A DNA stretch of 64,000 nucleotides, the filler included, from Circinaria calcarea (Eukaryota), in NCBI GenBank assembly GCA_051942165.1. It is 8 parts of 8 records of this genome, joined end to end, with 100 filler letters (N's around TTAATTAATTAA, not from the genome) between each part and the next. Parts side by side here need not be neighbours in the genome. Positions count along the whole stretch, not along the records: positions 32,462 to 40,468 come from JAVECS010001192.1; positions 40,569 to 48,571 come from JAVECS010001193.1; positions 48,672 to 56,659 come from JAVECS010001194.1; 5 more parts are not named here. One strand, given 5' to 3'. The translations under genes and the position numbers were made by a program. This document shows positions 36,401 through 48,802 of the stretch, piece by piece; position 1 is the stretch's first letter, and each line of letters begins with the position of its first letter. The notes below the pieces were generated by a model that was not told the origin of the DNA, did no database searches, and saw nothing but the letters and a program-made list of their open reading frames with translations.

Positions 36401-39400
36401 GCTGGACCTGAATAGATTTGATACCCAGCAGTGTCAGTGAAGGAAAGGTTACATGTGCTAATTCAATGTTTTGCGATGAGACTTTTGCTGTTTGGAAGTT
36501 ACTATTGACGTGAACATCAAAGTGCAAATCACGAACCAATCCAAGCGTCAGAATACCGGGACGGTCATCTTCCGGGAGATATTTGGTGACGGTAGATAGT
36601 TTTGTAAGTTCCTCTGCCAGAATCGAGAATTGATCAAACTCCTTTAGGTCTGAGATCCCACCTTGGACAGTCTCAACGGTTATACGAACAACTCCACCCT
36701 GTCGTCTTTGGCGTAGTAGGGGATCAAGCATAACATCGTCATCGCAATCGCCTTTCTCTCGTGATGGCGACAAAAGAGCCAAAAGTCTAGCAAGGTCAAC
36801 TTCCTTCGGATTAGACAAGTACTCGATTCTGATATTGCGTGACTGCATTGAAATCGTAGGATCGCCAGTTGGCTCTCGTAAATATGGTCCACTGAATCTG
36901 AATTTGCCAATGGTAAGACCGACTCCTTCAACTCGGCTGACTAGCTTCATTGCTGTGCTCTCAAACCGTAAACAGGATTGTTTCCCTTGTAGATCAAACA
37001 AAAGTCCTCCAACTCGAGTCGTAATCTTGTGATGCGCCGACTTTGCTGGATATTCTGTAGGTTCTCCTCCACCTGGCGGTGCAAACCGAACTCCACGAGG
37101 CCGGATGGCATTGTGGCTGCCTCTCTGCTTGGTTTCGAGAACAGTCGCGGTCGATATCATTGAACTTCCAACACCGAGCACACTGCTAAGGCCACCGAAC
37201 CAGCTAAAAGTCTCATCTAATCGGGCCAGATCCAGCGTGACGTGAAGTGGAAGAGCTGTGACTTTTACGTCTAAAGACTCTGAAGACTGACTGATTACGA
37301 TTTCCATCTCTCGGCCACTTGGTAGAAGCACGTCGTGAGTGGATTCTCTCATTTTGAGGGTCGGATCGAAAGAAATAATATCATCGGAAGGGTAGCCAAG
37401 TTTGAAAGAGCCTACTGAAAGCTCGGTACGAGATATAGATTGGGTGATGTTATGAGAGACTTCCAAGACGTTCACTATGACTGTCAAAAGTATTTCAGAC
37501 TCCGTAGTTTGTATTGCATCTGCACTTGGTTCATCCCCTTGCTGGGAGGATGTGTCAACAAAGCCACGCAGTGCATCAACGAAGTTCCAAGTAAATCTAT
37601 CCAAATGAGCAAAAATCCGGTTTGGAGGCATGTTAGATGCCTCATAGGTCTGAGAGAGAGTACTCTCCTTGGAAAAAATCTTCGGGAGTTGCTGTCCAAT
37701 CATAATCACAAGCCTTGTAAGTCCTAAATCGCTGACGAGAGTAACTTGCCCTACCTGGGCACAGGTAGGGCCCAGGGCTGTGATGTCTGTTTCTACTGTC
37801 TGCGAGATTGGGCGTGGCCTTGTTTGCTGATTATGGTTGTCTCCGAAATCTACTGAATGCCCCGGGGCGCTGTTATCGAAGGCTGAAAATGCACCAGGTA
37901 CCTCTGGAATATCTGATTCACTCGCCGCCGCATGGGTCAAGGGTCCGTTACCAGGATGCAGAGGTTCAAGAGTTTTGTTGTTCTGCGGTAGGTCGAGAAT
38001 GATAGAGTCAATTGATAAAATGTGCTTCATCATGGGGGATAGGCTTCCTGATCGTGGTGACGAGATCGGAGACTTCTCAAAGACGTTCTCTTTTGGCCGA
38101 ATATTGATAGGACCACTATCCTCCAAGGATGAATGTACTTGAATGCTGCTAGAGCTCTGCCTTGAATTTAACTGTGAGGGTTCCATATAATCACTTCCAG
38201 TATCTGCCAAAAATCCTGGATACCTCGCCGACTCTTCAGGGGTTGTATGATTCCCGTAAACGGTTGACTGACTACCACCATCGCTTGCATGTTCGGACCT
38301 AGGTCTATCAGTAGATTCGTCCTCGTTAGAACTAAAACTAGCCTCAATGTCTGGTGATGTTTGTCGACCATGCCTGAGACTTGAAGTATGGCTGAATGCA
38401 CTCATATACAAGCTCTCAGCTTCTTCGTGATCAAAAATCCTTGACTGCGTTAGGTCTTCTGTAGGAGGAGAAGGTGATTCACTAGCTACGACTGAAAGTG
38501 CGGTAACGTGAGGATCCCTTTCTCGTGACGATACTATGTTGTCGCGGGACTGTTCAAGGTTGTCTAGAGATTTTGAGGCGACGCTCCGACTAGTAGCAGA
38601 GAGCTCCTCCAAGCTAGAGGTAGACCCAAACATCTCTCTCTGCGCATCTTGCTGGGTTTCGTGATGTTGGAATTTTGACGCCTGTCGTATATTGTCTGAT
38701 GAAGAGCTACTATATCTGCTAAGCTTGGGGTATGCACCGCGTCCATATTGCTCACGATGGGCACGACGAGAAGTCCTCGGCAACGAACCAGACCCTTTAC
38801 TGTTCCCCTCATTTATTCCTTCTTCAATACCTGCACAGTCAGATGCTCTTTCGTCTTCGAAAATTTCAAGTTTTGTATCACTCAAAGCTGAGTTTTGCAT
38901 TGAACCCTCACTTGAACTTGCAGCATATCCAATATCATCATCCACTCCTGCGTCGGCAAACCTCTCCCCATCGCTTGTTGCAATTGAAGCTTCAAGATTA
39001 ATAGCATTTTCCGGCCGCTCAGTAGTAGAATGAAGGACAGTAATAGAATGTGAATCTTTGAGGCTTGTGCTGGAACATGATGATGTGGGCTTGGAAGTAA
39101 ATGCATTTAGCTCTGATTTACGGCATTTATCTGAAAATGCGCTAGAATGATTCACTACGGGTGATGGTGGCCCTGACAGTTGGGAAAGGGATGCAAAAAG
39201 GGATGCATCGGATATTATCGTTCCCTGGACTTTGCCAAATGCGATACGACGAAGAGGAGTATGCTGGGAAGACTTGTTTCGATTCGTAGGCCCTTGATCC
39301 TCCTTTGGTTCGGGAGAAGGGAGATTCGTTTCGGTACCAGTAACCCCATCGATTAGGACATGTTCGACTGATAGCCGCAATGTAATGGGCTCTATAACTG

Positions 39401-40280
39401 CCGAGTTGAAGCCAGAGGTTGGGTTCTGTGACGGTACCTCAATTTTCAAATCGATATCAAATTGGATGCCCCTGACTTGAACGTGGAGGCGATCTCCAAC
39501 CCCCTTCAAAAAGTCTGCCAGAAAACCTGGAAGCGAAAACCCTATTCCTATGCCAGTCTCGATTGCTTCATCGCTATCATCGATGATTTGTGGTTGCTGT
39601 ACGTGTTGAGATTTGGCTATATCAGCCCGCAGCTCAGCTTTCTCCTGGTCCGGCTCAGTTTGCAGAAATGACTTGGCAAGATCGACTGTAGAAGGAATAT
39701 GAGGGCCGTGCCGATCATCGGCATCCCCTGCATTGAGTGATGTTTCTTTCAAATATCCGCCCGGATCGTGTACCAGGGACTGGCTACTCCGAGGTTGATT
39801 TGCTTTAGTTCCCTTGGCAATGCCTCCTCTTCGACCACCCTTCGCCCTGCTTTCCTTTGTGGTCTCTCCGACTTCAGAAATGACGTCGACTTGTCCCTCC
39901 ACTCCTTCCACCTCAACTAGGATGCCACTGCTGTAGAGATCCGCGGGTACTGTGACACGAAGGAGTACAATCTTAGCTTTGGTGAGTCTTAGCTGGTCTG
40001 GAAGCTGGAGTAGGGAAGCTAGTTGCTACACGTGCTGGTATCAGCCTCTGAGGTGTTTCTTCAAGGTATCCCACACCGTATCTCAGAATCTCAACCAGTT
40101 GTCCGTCCGTAAACTCACCTTCAGCTTCAAGCCGACATCACGTAGTTCCACTGTACTCCGCTTGCCCCAAGCAATGTCCAACTTTTCTAGGTCCAAGGCA
40201 TCCGTTTCCAGCAGTTCCAATCGAGAGAGCGCATACCGTAATATCCTTTTCTGGAAGAATGAAGGGAGAAAGTAGCTCAT
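33433..40280 (-). CDS. ATG2: Autophagy-related lipid-transfer protein Atg2, 4 exons
   Basis: [21 protein letters not shown] (chorein-N); CAD motif [51 protein letters not shown] final intron GTGAGT...CTTAG gives the terminal exon KYKRH*. Confidence 0.95.
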
Positions 40281-40468
40281 GCTTACTATCTAGTCCTTCC
40301 TCTATTTACAATGAAAGGTTTATTCGGTCATGACGGAGGAGTTCGACTTAATACCGGCGACAAGACGGGCGGGCTAAATGGTAGGACGTCTAATCAACCG
40401 GTTTGTGTATTGCGCATGGATTGTTGATTGCCCTGTGATAGCCGCAAAGCCACGGTCTTGCCGTGAGT

Positions 40469-40568
40469 NNNNNNNNNNNNNNNNNNNNNNNNNNNNNNNN
40501 NNNNNNNNNNNNTTAATTAATTAANNNNNNNNNNNNNNNNNNNNNNNNNNNNNNNNNNNNNNNNNNNN
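40469..40568. other. Artificial contig spacer
   Basis: N44-TTAATTAATTAA-N44. Confidence 0.98.
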
Positions 40569-40611
40569 GCTAAAGCTAGGCTAGCAAAACAGTAGCTACG
40601 ATGGTGGTTTC

Positions 40612-42559
40612 TCAGTGCATCCCAAACCCAGGCCAAACCCTTCCCATCCAATCCGGCTCCGAGTCCGGCGCAGTAGCACACCAAGGCATCTCATCATCCC
40701 TATACGGAACGAGGGGAAGATCGTACGGCATCCGTACACCAACCCTAGTTTTGACTCCGTCTTCCCTCGTATCGCACTCGTCCGTTTGCAATTCATCCGG
40801 CAAATCCTTTTTGAAAACAGGCACCATTTCTGCACTGCCTTCAACCCCATCATCCCATAATGCCGGCCATACCACCACCCCAATCTCGTAGCTGCATATC
40901 CGTACTTCACCTGCAGGATTCGTGGCGGCGCCCCAAGCTTGAGTGGAGAGATTGGCGGATGTTACCATCGCCCAATCGATCTTCGTCATGGAGTTGTCGG
41001 AGAAGCGGATGTAGGTTTTGATATGGGGCGCAGCTCTCCTTCTCCCAGCTTCACGGATGCCGGCTGTCAAACTAGAGGATGCGGTGGGTTGGGTAGCACC
41101 GTCACCAGCCCAATGACATAGCATCGGCCGTAAGTAATCGAGTTGTTTTACCTGGGCTGCACTTTGGGTCTTCATGTGGATGGATGCTCCTGAGCCGTAC
41201 CCGTTGAGAGATCTCCGGATTTCGTCTGCCGTGGGAAAAATAAGAGAGAATTGGGGCTTCGGCTTGCCGTGGACTTTCGGCTCTCTCCCGGTGGCAAGCG
41301 TGTCCAGTAGGGTCGTTGTTAACCATTTGTCCCCGCCTCCAAGGCTAGCAACGGAGGAGACCTGAATAACGATAGCCGGTCGCTTTGCGGAATCTGATGG
41401 TATGCATTTAAGGATACTTTTTAGACCTGGCCACCCCCAAACAGACTCTTTGTCCGGATCGGTACTCCGTAGGTTTTGTTTACCTGGAGTACTTGCCACA
41501 AGGGCAGCGCGGATAGTGTTAAAGTCATATTGCTTCAATTGTGCTGTCAGGGCCCCGAGCTTTGCTTGACCATAACTACGAAGATAAGCCAATAAGTCGT
41601 GTTTGAATCGGCTTCCAGTACCAATGGTTGGAAGACTTGTAGAAGTGGTGGTATTCGGGTCTATACGGCCTTGTAGAGGCAGCAGCGGAGAGCGCCATAC
41701 TGCTTGACACATCCTCCAGTCGCCAGGGACCATATTAGCTGTGAGGATATTCACCCTGCCCGGATAAGCAACGCGTAAAATCACAGAGTAGTGAACCGAG
41801 CTTACTGAGCTTGATCATCGTGTCGAATGAGGATGACCATCTTAGAGTGATGTGTGCCATATGCCTCCGGCATATAAGCCGTGATGACTTGAACGTTCAT
41901 GAGTTGAGTGGCAGCTTCCTGACGCAGAAGCCATTCGGTCAGCACATAACTGGCGTTCAGTAGGTAGATATTAGCCATCTGCCCATACATCAATGTGTAA
42001 TTTGTTCGAGTCTTCATTCTTCCAAGAGCCATGTACGATCTTGACCCGAACACTATCCCTTACATCTTCATCAAACTGACTCCTGTAGCCTATCAGCTGT
42101 TAGGGTCTGCTTCCCTTTACGATAACCTCACATAAGGAAATTCACGTCAAAGAGATAATTGAAAACCCAGCATTCTTTAATCAGAGGATCACCCAAGATA
42201 TCCCTCAGGCTCACAGTATCAACGTTATTGGCTGAAGATAGACCCTCGACATGACTGAGTTGAATTGAAGACGGGATGGATCTGGGTCCAGATACCTTTC
42301 GTCCATCATTGGCTGCTTGCGAGTTGATAATATTCCTTCTAGCATGCTCTATCTCAACTGCGTCAGATAGGTGTTTCCTTTTTGTAGATGGTGGACTGAT
42401 CGGCCGAGTGAGTACTTTGTTAGCATTGTAACTATTTTCTTCGTAAGGTGTGGCAGCATCTAGATGATCATATGGAGCAGTAGAGATTTCATCCGGTTTA
42501 AGGTATACCTCCCCTGACAAGCTTAATCTACGCCTTTTGACTGAGCCCTCGGCGGCCAT
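40612..42559 (-). CDS. TDP1: Tyrosyl-DNA phosphodiesterase 1, multi-exon
   Basis: Two HKN motifs (GTHHSKM...TANM and PHIKTY...TSANLSTQAWG); also FNYLFDV, SYEIGV and PYDLP. Confidence 0.95.
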
Positions 42560-43002
42560 GATCAGTAGCAATATTGTCAGAGTGTTTGTTTCAACAAAGG
42601 ACTGATGAAGGCTAGCGTGGCCTTTAGAGTTTGATATACAGCAGACAACCCAAGCGCCAGTTGGCGGTTCAAAGGTTCAGGGGGCGGAACGGCGTCCGTG
42701 CTGCGAGAGGGTCTCGCCTTATGCTTCGTCTGAAATCAACGTTACCAAATCCCACCTTGTCAATCATTCCTCCCTCCTCTTCATTTCCCTTACCCCTACA
42801 CAGGTTTTCGTTCTGCTTATTAGGTCACCCTCTGACTGGATAACTGATCTGCTCTCCTTAAAAAAAAGAAAAAAAGAAACGGGCGCCACTAAGCACAAGC
42901 TCGGCGGCGGCGCAGCGTCACTACCAGCTGCTCCAGCTTACGCCGGCTGAAGACATTATTCGACTTGAAAGCTGTCGATTCTTTATCAATATAACGCCGG
43001 CG

Positions 43003-45432
43003 ATGCGCACCTTACTTCCTCGGCTACTCATTGCTCTCACCATGTCTACCCATGCTTTCGCTTCACCTGCGGAGACAGCTCGACAAGCAAATGTGGAAGA
43101 AGATGTTTTGGGGATAGAGAAACAAACTCCAGTACCTGTAGGAGCAGACGCTGCCGCGGAATCCACCAATAGTGAAAATGTATCAGAAAAACCATCCGTC
43201 TTTAACGGCATATCGGTACCACCGATGAAAGAGTTAAGGGGGGAGACTTTTGATAAAGAAGTGAAGGATGGATACTGGTACGAGAGCCTCAATAAATGCT
43301 ACCGCCAGATGGCGTTGCCCTCTCCCATGATGCGACCGGAGCGCACTGTGGGTGTTTGCTAATGCAGTTTTTAGGCTCGTCAAGCACTATTCGCCCACTT
43401 GCTCGCACTGTATCGCAGTAGCACCCACTTGGCAGACGCTATATGAGTTCTACTATGTAAGATCATGACTCCCGATGAGGGAGGGTGGCTAATTATTGAA
43501 ATAGACTTCAAACCCGTTACCCTCGACCTCCAAGTCCGCGGAGACTAAAGAATCTCTCAATTCCTTTCAGCGGTACTACGATTTTCATTTCGCTTCACTG
43601 GATTGTACGGCCTGGGGTGATGCCTGCACCGACCATAAAATCGATTCATTTCCAACTTTTGTACTGTATAAAACTGGCGAGGAGGTGAAGAGGTTCACAG
43701 GCACGAGAGATTTGGAATGGATAAGTCGATTTATTGAGGAGCAACTTGAATCCATTCGGCCAGGATCAAGGCCAAAGGATGGTGTAAAATTACCAAAAGT
43801 GGGCAAGGATCACTCTGAAGCAGATACTGTAAAAGACGTCCCACAGGGCAAAAGTAAAGATACTGTTGTCGGCGAATTAGCAAAGCAAGAGCAAGTAGAG
43901 ACCACTACAGCTACCGCAGCAGTCACAGCCACAACATCTTCGCAGGTTGCACTACAGGCAACGAGCGCATCGAAGCAAAAAGAACCCCCCAACCCAATTG
44001 GAACGTCCATTGCCTTGACTCAAGAAAGTTTCCAAAAGCTAGTCACGACTACTCAAGATCCGTGGTTCATCAAATTTTATGCGCCTTGGTGTCATCACTG
44101 TCAAGCGCTAGCTCCAAACTGGCAACAAATGGCCAGAGAATTGCGGGGAAAGCTTAACGTAGGTGAGGTCAACTGCGATGCGGAGGCACGACTCTGCAAA
44201 GACGTTCGCGTCAAGGGCTATCCAACTATACACTTTTTCCGTGGCGGGGAGAGGGTCGAGTATGATGGACTAAGAGGCCTCGGAGATCTTCTCAGCTACG
44301 CCAAGAAAGCTCTTGATATTGGATCGGGTGTGACATATGTTGATGCGGCTGGGTTTAAGGCGCTTGAAGAAACAGAAGAAGTGATATTTGTGTACTTTTA
44401 CGATCAGGCGACAACGTCCGAAGACTTTGAGGCTTTGGAGAGACTGACTCTCAGCTTAATTGGTCACGCAAAGCTCGTGAAGACGGACAGCGCTGTGCTT
44501 GCGGACAGGTTTAAGATTCACACGTGGCCGCGATTGCTCGTATCAAGAGATGGCAGACCAAGCTATTACACCGCTTTGGCACCCAAGGACATGCGAGATT
44601 TCCGCAGAGTGCTTTCATGGATGAAGACAGTCTGGCTACCAATCCTCCCAGAGTTGACCGCTTCGAATTCACTAGAAATTATGAGCGGGAAACTAGTTGT
44701 GCTCGGGATACTATCAAGGGAAAGATCAGACGATTTCGTTCGAAGCAAACGCGAGATAAAGAGCGCAGCGTTAGAATGGATGGATAAGGAAACGCATGCT
44801 TTCCAGCTAGAAAGACAAGAAATGCGAGATGCAAAACAATTACGGATTGAGGAGGCAGAAGATCGCAACGACCAAAGAGCTTTGAGAGCAGCGAAGGGCA
44901 TCAGAATACAAATCGAGGAGTCTGACAGGACGCAGGTTGGCTTTGCGTGGGTTGATGGAATCTTTTGGGAGAGATGGATCAGAACTACATATGGGATTGA
45001 GGTCAAGCAAGGAGAGAGGGTGATAATCAATGACGAAGACGTGAGTATACCAGTCAACAGTTCAAACAATTCTATACTAACGAAACGTTCTTACAGCACA
45101 AGAAATATTGGGACATCACTTCTTCCGGCGCCCCCATTGTCCCTTCACGAACATCCATTCTCGAAACCCTTCCCAAGGTGGTCGCGGATCCACCCAAGAT
45201 CGCCCCCAAGTACACTACAGGGAAGATTGAGCAAGTATTCTTTCAAGCCCGGGGCGCTTCAAAAAGCCATCCGTGGGTTTCCATTGGCCTTTTTGTTGGG
45301 GTCTTGATAGGTGTCGCGATATGGGGCAAGGGAAGGATACGCAGGACGAAGGGAGGCTCCGGTGGCGGATTCTTTCAACTGGATGGGAAGGAAGGGTTGT
45401 TGAATGGTGGAGGGACGGGTAAGGTGGATTAG
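43003..45432 (+). CDS. EPS1: Membrane-anchored thioredoxin-domain PDI-family protein (Eps1-like), 4 exons
   Basis: Signal peptide; Trx motifs YSPTCSHC and FYAPWCHHC; C-terminal TM helix and a GKVD* terminus. Confidence 0.8.
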
Positions 45433-45833
45433 CGATTTTTGTCTGATACGGGGTATTCAAGCATGGCTCGGGGTGCATTCTAATCCATCCGTTTCTTAGG
45501 GGGGGATATCTCGCGGAAGCGTATGGGGTTTGAATATCGGAGTTGGGATGGTGCTTGGGGTGGGGGCGGCGTGGCTATCATCTATATAGGCAGTAATGGC
45601 CATTTCAAAGCGTTCGACTTGCTATATAAGCATCTAGAGTTTTATGTGAACTATGCTAGATTAAAATCCAGGGCTCGATAGACATTCTCATTACTCAAGA
45701 TAGAGATGCACGTGAGAGTTGGAGATGGTTTGTACATCCAGTAAAGGAAAGCCTCATGTCTACTTTCCATTAACCTATAATATACAACCGCCCTATCCCT
45801 ACTCTCTTAATATCCACTCCTAATACAGCACGC

Positions 45834-46503
45834 TCAGAAAGGCTATCCCACCAATTAGCCCAGCGCAAGTATTCGCGAATCCCCAACAACGGGGGGGAGC
45901 AACATACGTTATCCGAGGGCGGAATCTCCCTGACAAAGTGATCCCCAATGACTGGCATATTCTGTTTCTTCGTCTCAGCCTCGAGTCTCCTGACCAACGT
46001 GTATCCGGCGGTATAGAGGGATAGGAATAGGGACAGCATGACTCCTACCTGCATGATATCCGTCCGCACCTTGGGCACGTCGGAGAAGAAGAACAGCGCG
46101 AAGAAGCCCGCGACGGCACCAAAGGAGCCGGCTGTTATGCCGCTGCCAATCGGAAAGCTTGTTAGTTTGCGTATTCGGTTTACTTGTCTCTGGGGTTGGG
46201 AGGAGGATGAAGAGGAGAAAGAGGAGGGAGAGGTACAATCTCGTGGCGGTTTTTAGGCTTACGCCGTGGAAGTGCGGTTGCACTTTGTAGCTGGCGAGGT
46301 AGGCTGGTTAGTAGTGGGCGAGAGAAAAGGAGAGGGATAGAGGTGGAGAAGGAGGTACTTGGGTCCGTAGGGGGATTTGTAGGTTGCGTAGTCCGGTCTC
46401 ATCGTCCATGTCTGGGCGCCATGTTGGCCGGAGAGTCCCTGGCGGTGGTTGTCAGTGGCTGTAGCTATTGATGATAGGCAGTCGCAGGACGATTACTTAC
46501 CAT
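45834..46503 (-). CDS. QCR10: Cytochrome bc1 complex subunit 10, 5 exons (first coding exon is ATG only)
   Basis: Spliced M-GLSGQHGAQTWTMRPDYATYKSPYGPK-YKVQPHFHGVSLKTATR...AGSFGAVAGFFALFFFSDVPKVRTDIMQ-NMPVIGDHFVREIPPSDN-PF*. Confidence 0.88.
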
Positions 46504-47247
46504 CGTGAAGGTGTTCTAGTAGCTGCGCTGGAAACTCTATGTGATTTATGTCTTTGTCTGGCCTTTGACTTGATACTCGCGAATAAGTACTCTGCACCAA
46601 CAGAAGTCGAAGTTGCGGCTCTGCTTTTGCCTACGGAGATATGTGCTTCGACCAATCAAACCGCTCCGCCTCACGGATGCAGTTCCGCTTAACCAATTAC
46701 TATGTAGACGAATAAATGCCAAAATCACATGCTGTCATCGCTGCACCCGCTAATTGGATACCGGGATTTACCGGGATGACGGTCAGGCTTCACGATTACT
46801 ATCGAAAACTCCTCATTGTTCTCTGACCTATTCGGTCCGAAGAGCAAAAAGGCGCTGCTCCTTCTTATCACCTTTACCCAACACTTCAATCGAGCAGCAG
46901 ATTGATCACGGGTTTGTTAATCTCCGATCGTGTGGTGAAAGTAACAGAGTGAGCGAGTTACTTCCTAATCCTTCCCGGGAAGAAACGGTGCAACCCTGGG
47001 CCTCTTCGAGTTGGGAAAAGCAATTTATATCCGATCGCCCGCTTGGGAAATGGAGGAAATATAAGAGTATCAATTAGGCTACGACAAAACTCGTCCAGTG
47101 TTCTTCAGAGAGCAACACCTCACTTCGGAGAGTACTCTCAGTTACTCGTGGTCGATCTGAAAGAAAAATCCTCCCTACCATTCTTTCGCTTCTGAGTCTC
47201 CCCTCACCTTCTCGCAATCTCCTTTCATCCGAAAAAAAGCCCAAGAA

Positions 47248-47775
47248 ATGCCCACCAACCGTCCCTTCCTCGCCAACTTCCTCGCCGCCTTCCGCGCCCA
47301 CTCTGCTCTCCAATCCTCCTCCTCCCCCTCCGCCTCCGTCTCCACCACAGCCGCATCAGCCTCCTCTCAACCCAGAGATACCCACCTTACCACCACCACT
47401 ACCGCAACCCACAACAACCCCCCACCGCACTCAACTTCCACTCCACGCCCCATAACCACCAAAGCCCCCACGACCACGACCACCACCTCATCCGGCCCCA
47501 CTACCGCCGCCGTCCATGCAGCAGGCCACCTCTCCCATACCCGCCATCCATCCACCTCACCTCGAACCCCTGGGTCATCTTCGTTTGGCAATACACAACG
47601 GCAAAGACGGGGCAGCGACAGTAGCTCCGAGGGCGGCTTTCGGGATGCGCTCGGGGGCGAAAAATGGTATATCGGGGGCCGGACGGCGCAGGGGGAAGAG
47701 CGGTTTTATCGGCTGTGTATGGTGAAGAGGGAGAGGAGTGGGGATCGGTTAAGTTTAGATCGGTTGAGCCTGTGA
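47248..47775 (+). CDS. Small uncharacterised fungal protein with a low-complexity middle
   Basis: Clean 175-aa ORF. The termini MPTNRPFLANFLAAFRA and RRGSDSSSEGGFRDALGGEKWYIGGRTAQGEERFYRL...RLSLDRLSL look like conserved blocks. Confidence 0.7.
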   Translation: MPTNRPFLANFLAAFRAHSALQSSSSPSASVSTTAASASSQPRDTHLTTTTTATHNNPPPHSTSTPRPITTKAPTTTTTTSSGPTTAAVHAAGHLSHTRHPSTSPRTPGSSSFGNTQRQRRGSDSSSEGGFRDALGGEKWYIGGRTAQGEERFYRLCMVKRERSGDRLSLDRLSL

Positions 47776-48458
47776 AGGTGAAAAGTAAGAGAAGAAGGAA
47801 GGGGAGGAGGGGTTGCTGATGGGTATTTTTATGGGAAATTGGGGAAAAAAGGGGTTAAGACTTTTTGTGCATAACGCTTTCTCGTGCTTACGGCTTTCGA
47901 GAGCTAGAGAAGAGGGGGGCAATTGGAGGTGGGGTGTTTATATACGCTGGTTTTTCTGTATCCTATCCTATCCCATCACTCCTCTACATACAGCATGCGC
48001 TGCCGTCACGTTCTCCGAGCTTCTGCTCTTCAAGAAGCCCACGCAGATGGAATCGAAGAATTCAAATATAAGATCTTACATCGTCTTTTTCTCAAAAAGT
48101 AGAAATTTCATTTTCATAATATAGCTGCAAGGTCCAATCCCTGACTTCAACGTTCTCATCCCTCGCCTTCTCACCTTTCCTCCCGCCTTGACTACCACAA
48201 CCACTACCACCCTACCACAACCACAACCCCAAACCCAACCCTACCCATTCAACCCCCCCACACCCGTTGAAAGTTTCGACTTCTTTTTTTCTTTTTTCTT
48301 TCTCTTTTTCGGATCCCTTGAACTTTAACAATTTTCGAAAGGGTTTTTCTGGCATCCCCAAAAAACACACACTAAACCCCCATTAAAAGCTCCCCCAGCT
48401 CTGCTCTTCTTACTTGCCGCTTCCGTTTTTTCGCGTTCGCTTTCGCGTTACGCTTGCT

Positions 48459-48463
<5 letters not shown>

Positions 48464-48491
<28 letters not shown>

Positions 48492-48507
48492 TCTGGAATC
48501 TGGAATC
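48464..48507. repeat. Heptanucleotide tandem repeat (CTGGAAA/CTGGAAT) x6 near contig end
   Basis: Read directly from the sequence. Confidence 0.9.
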
Positions 48508-48571
48508 CGGGGTCGTGGGCCTTTAAGGGGGGAGGGGTTTTCTTTAGATTCTTAGGAGCTGTGGGGAGGGA

Positions 48572-48671
48572 NNNNNNNNNNNNNNNNNNNNNNNNNNNNN
48601 NNNNNNNNNNNNNNNTTAATTAATTAANNNNNNNNNNNNNNNNNNNNNNNNNNNNNNNNNNNNNNNNNNNN
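48572..48671. other. Artificial contig spacer
   Basis: N44-TTAATTAATTAA-N44. Confidence 0.98.
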
Positions 48672-48802
48672 GTGACGGCAACACCAGACGCTCCGCCGCC
48701 AACAATGACAACATCGTCTAGAGTCCGTCCACGCATCTTTGCGGCCCCTTTCTCGAGTGAATGTGTGGAGGACCAATCTGGGTGAGCTGAGTTTGGGTTC
48801 AT
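48672..48802 (-). CDS. N-terminus of an FAD/NAD(P)-binding oxidoreductase; truncated by contig start
   Basis: DDVVIVGGGASGVAV Rossmann GxGxxG motif directly before the gap; start is either 48802 or 48736. Confidence 0.6.
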
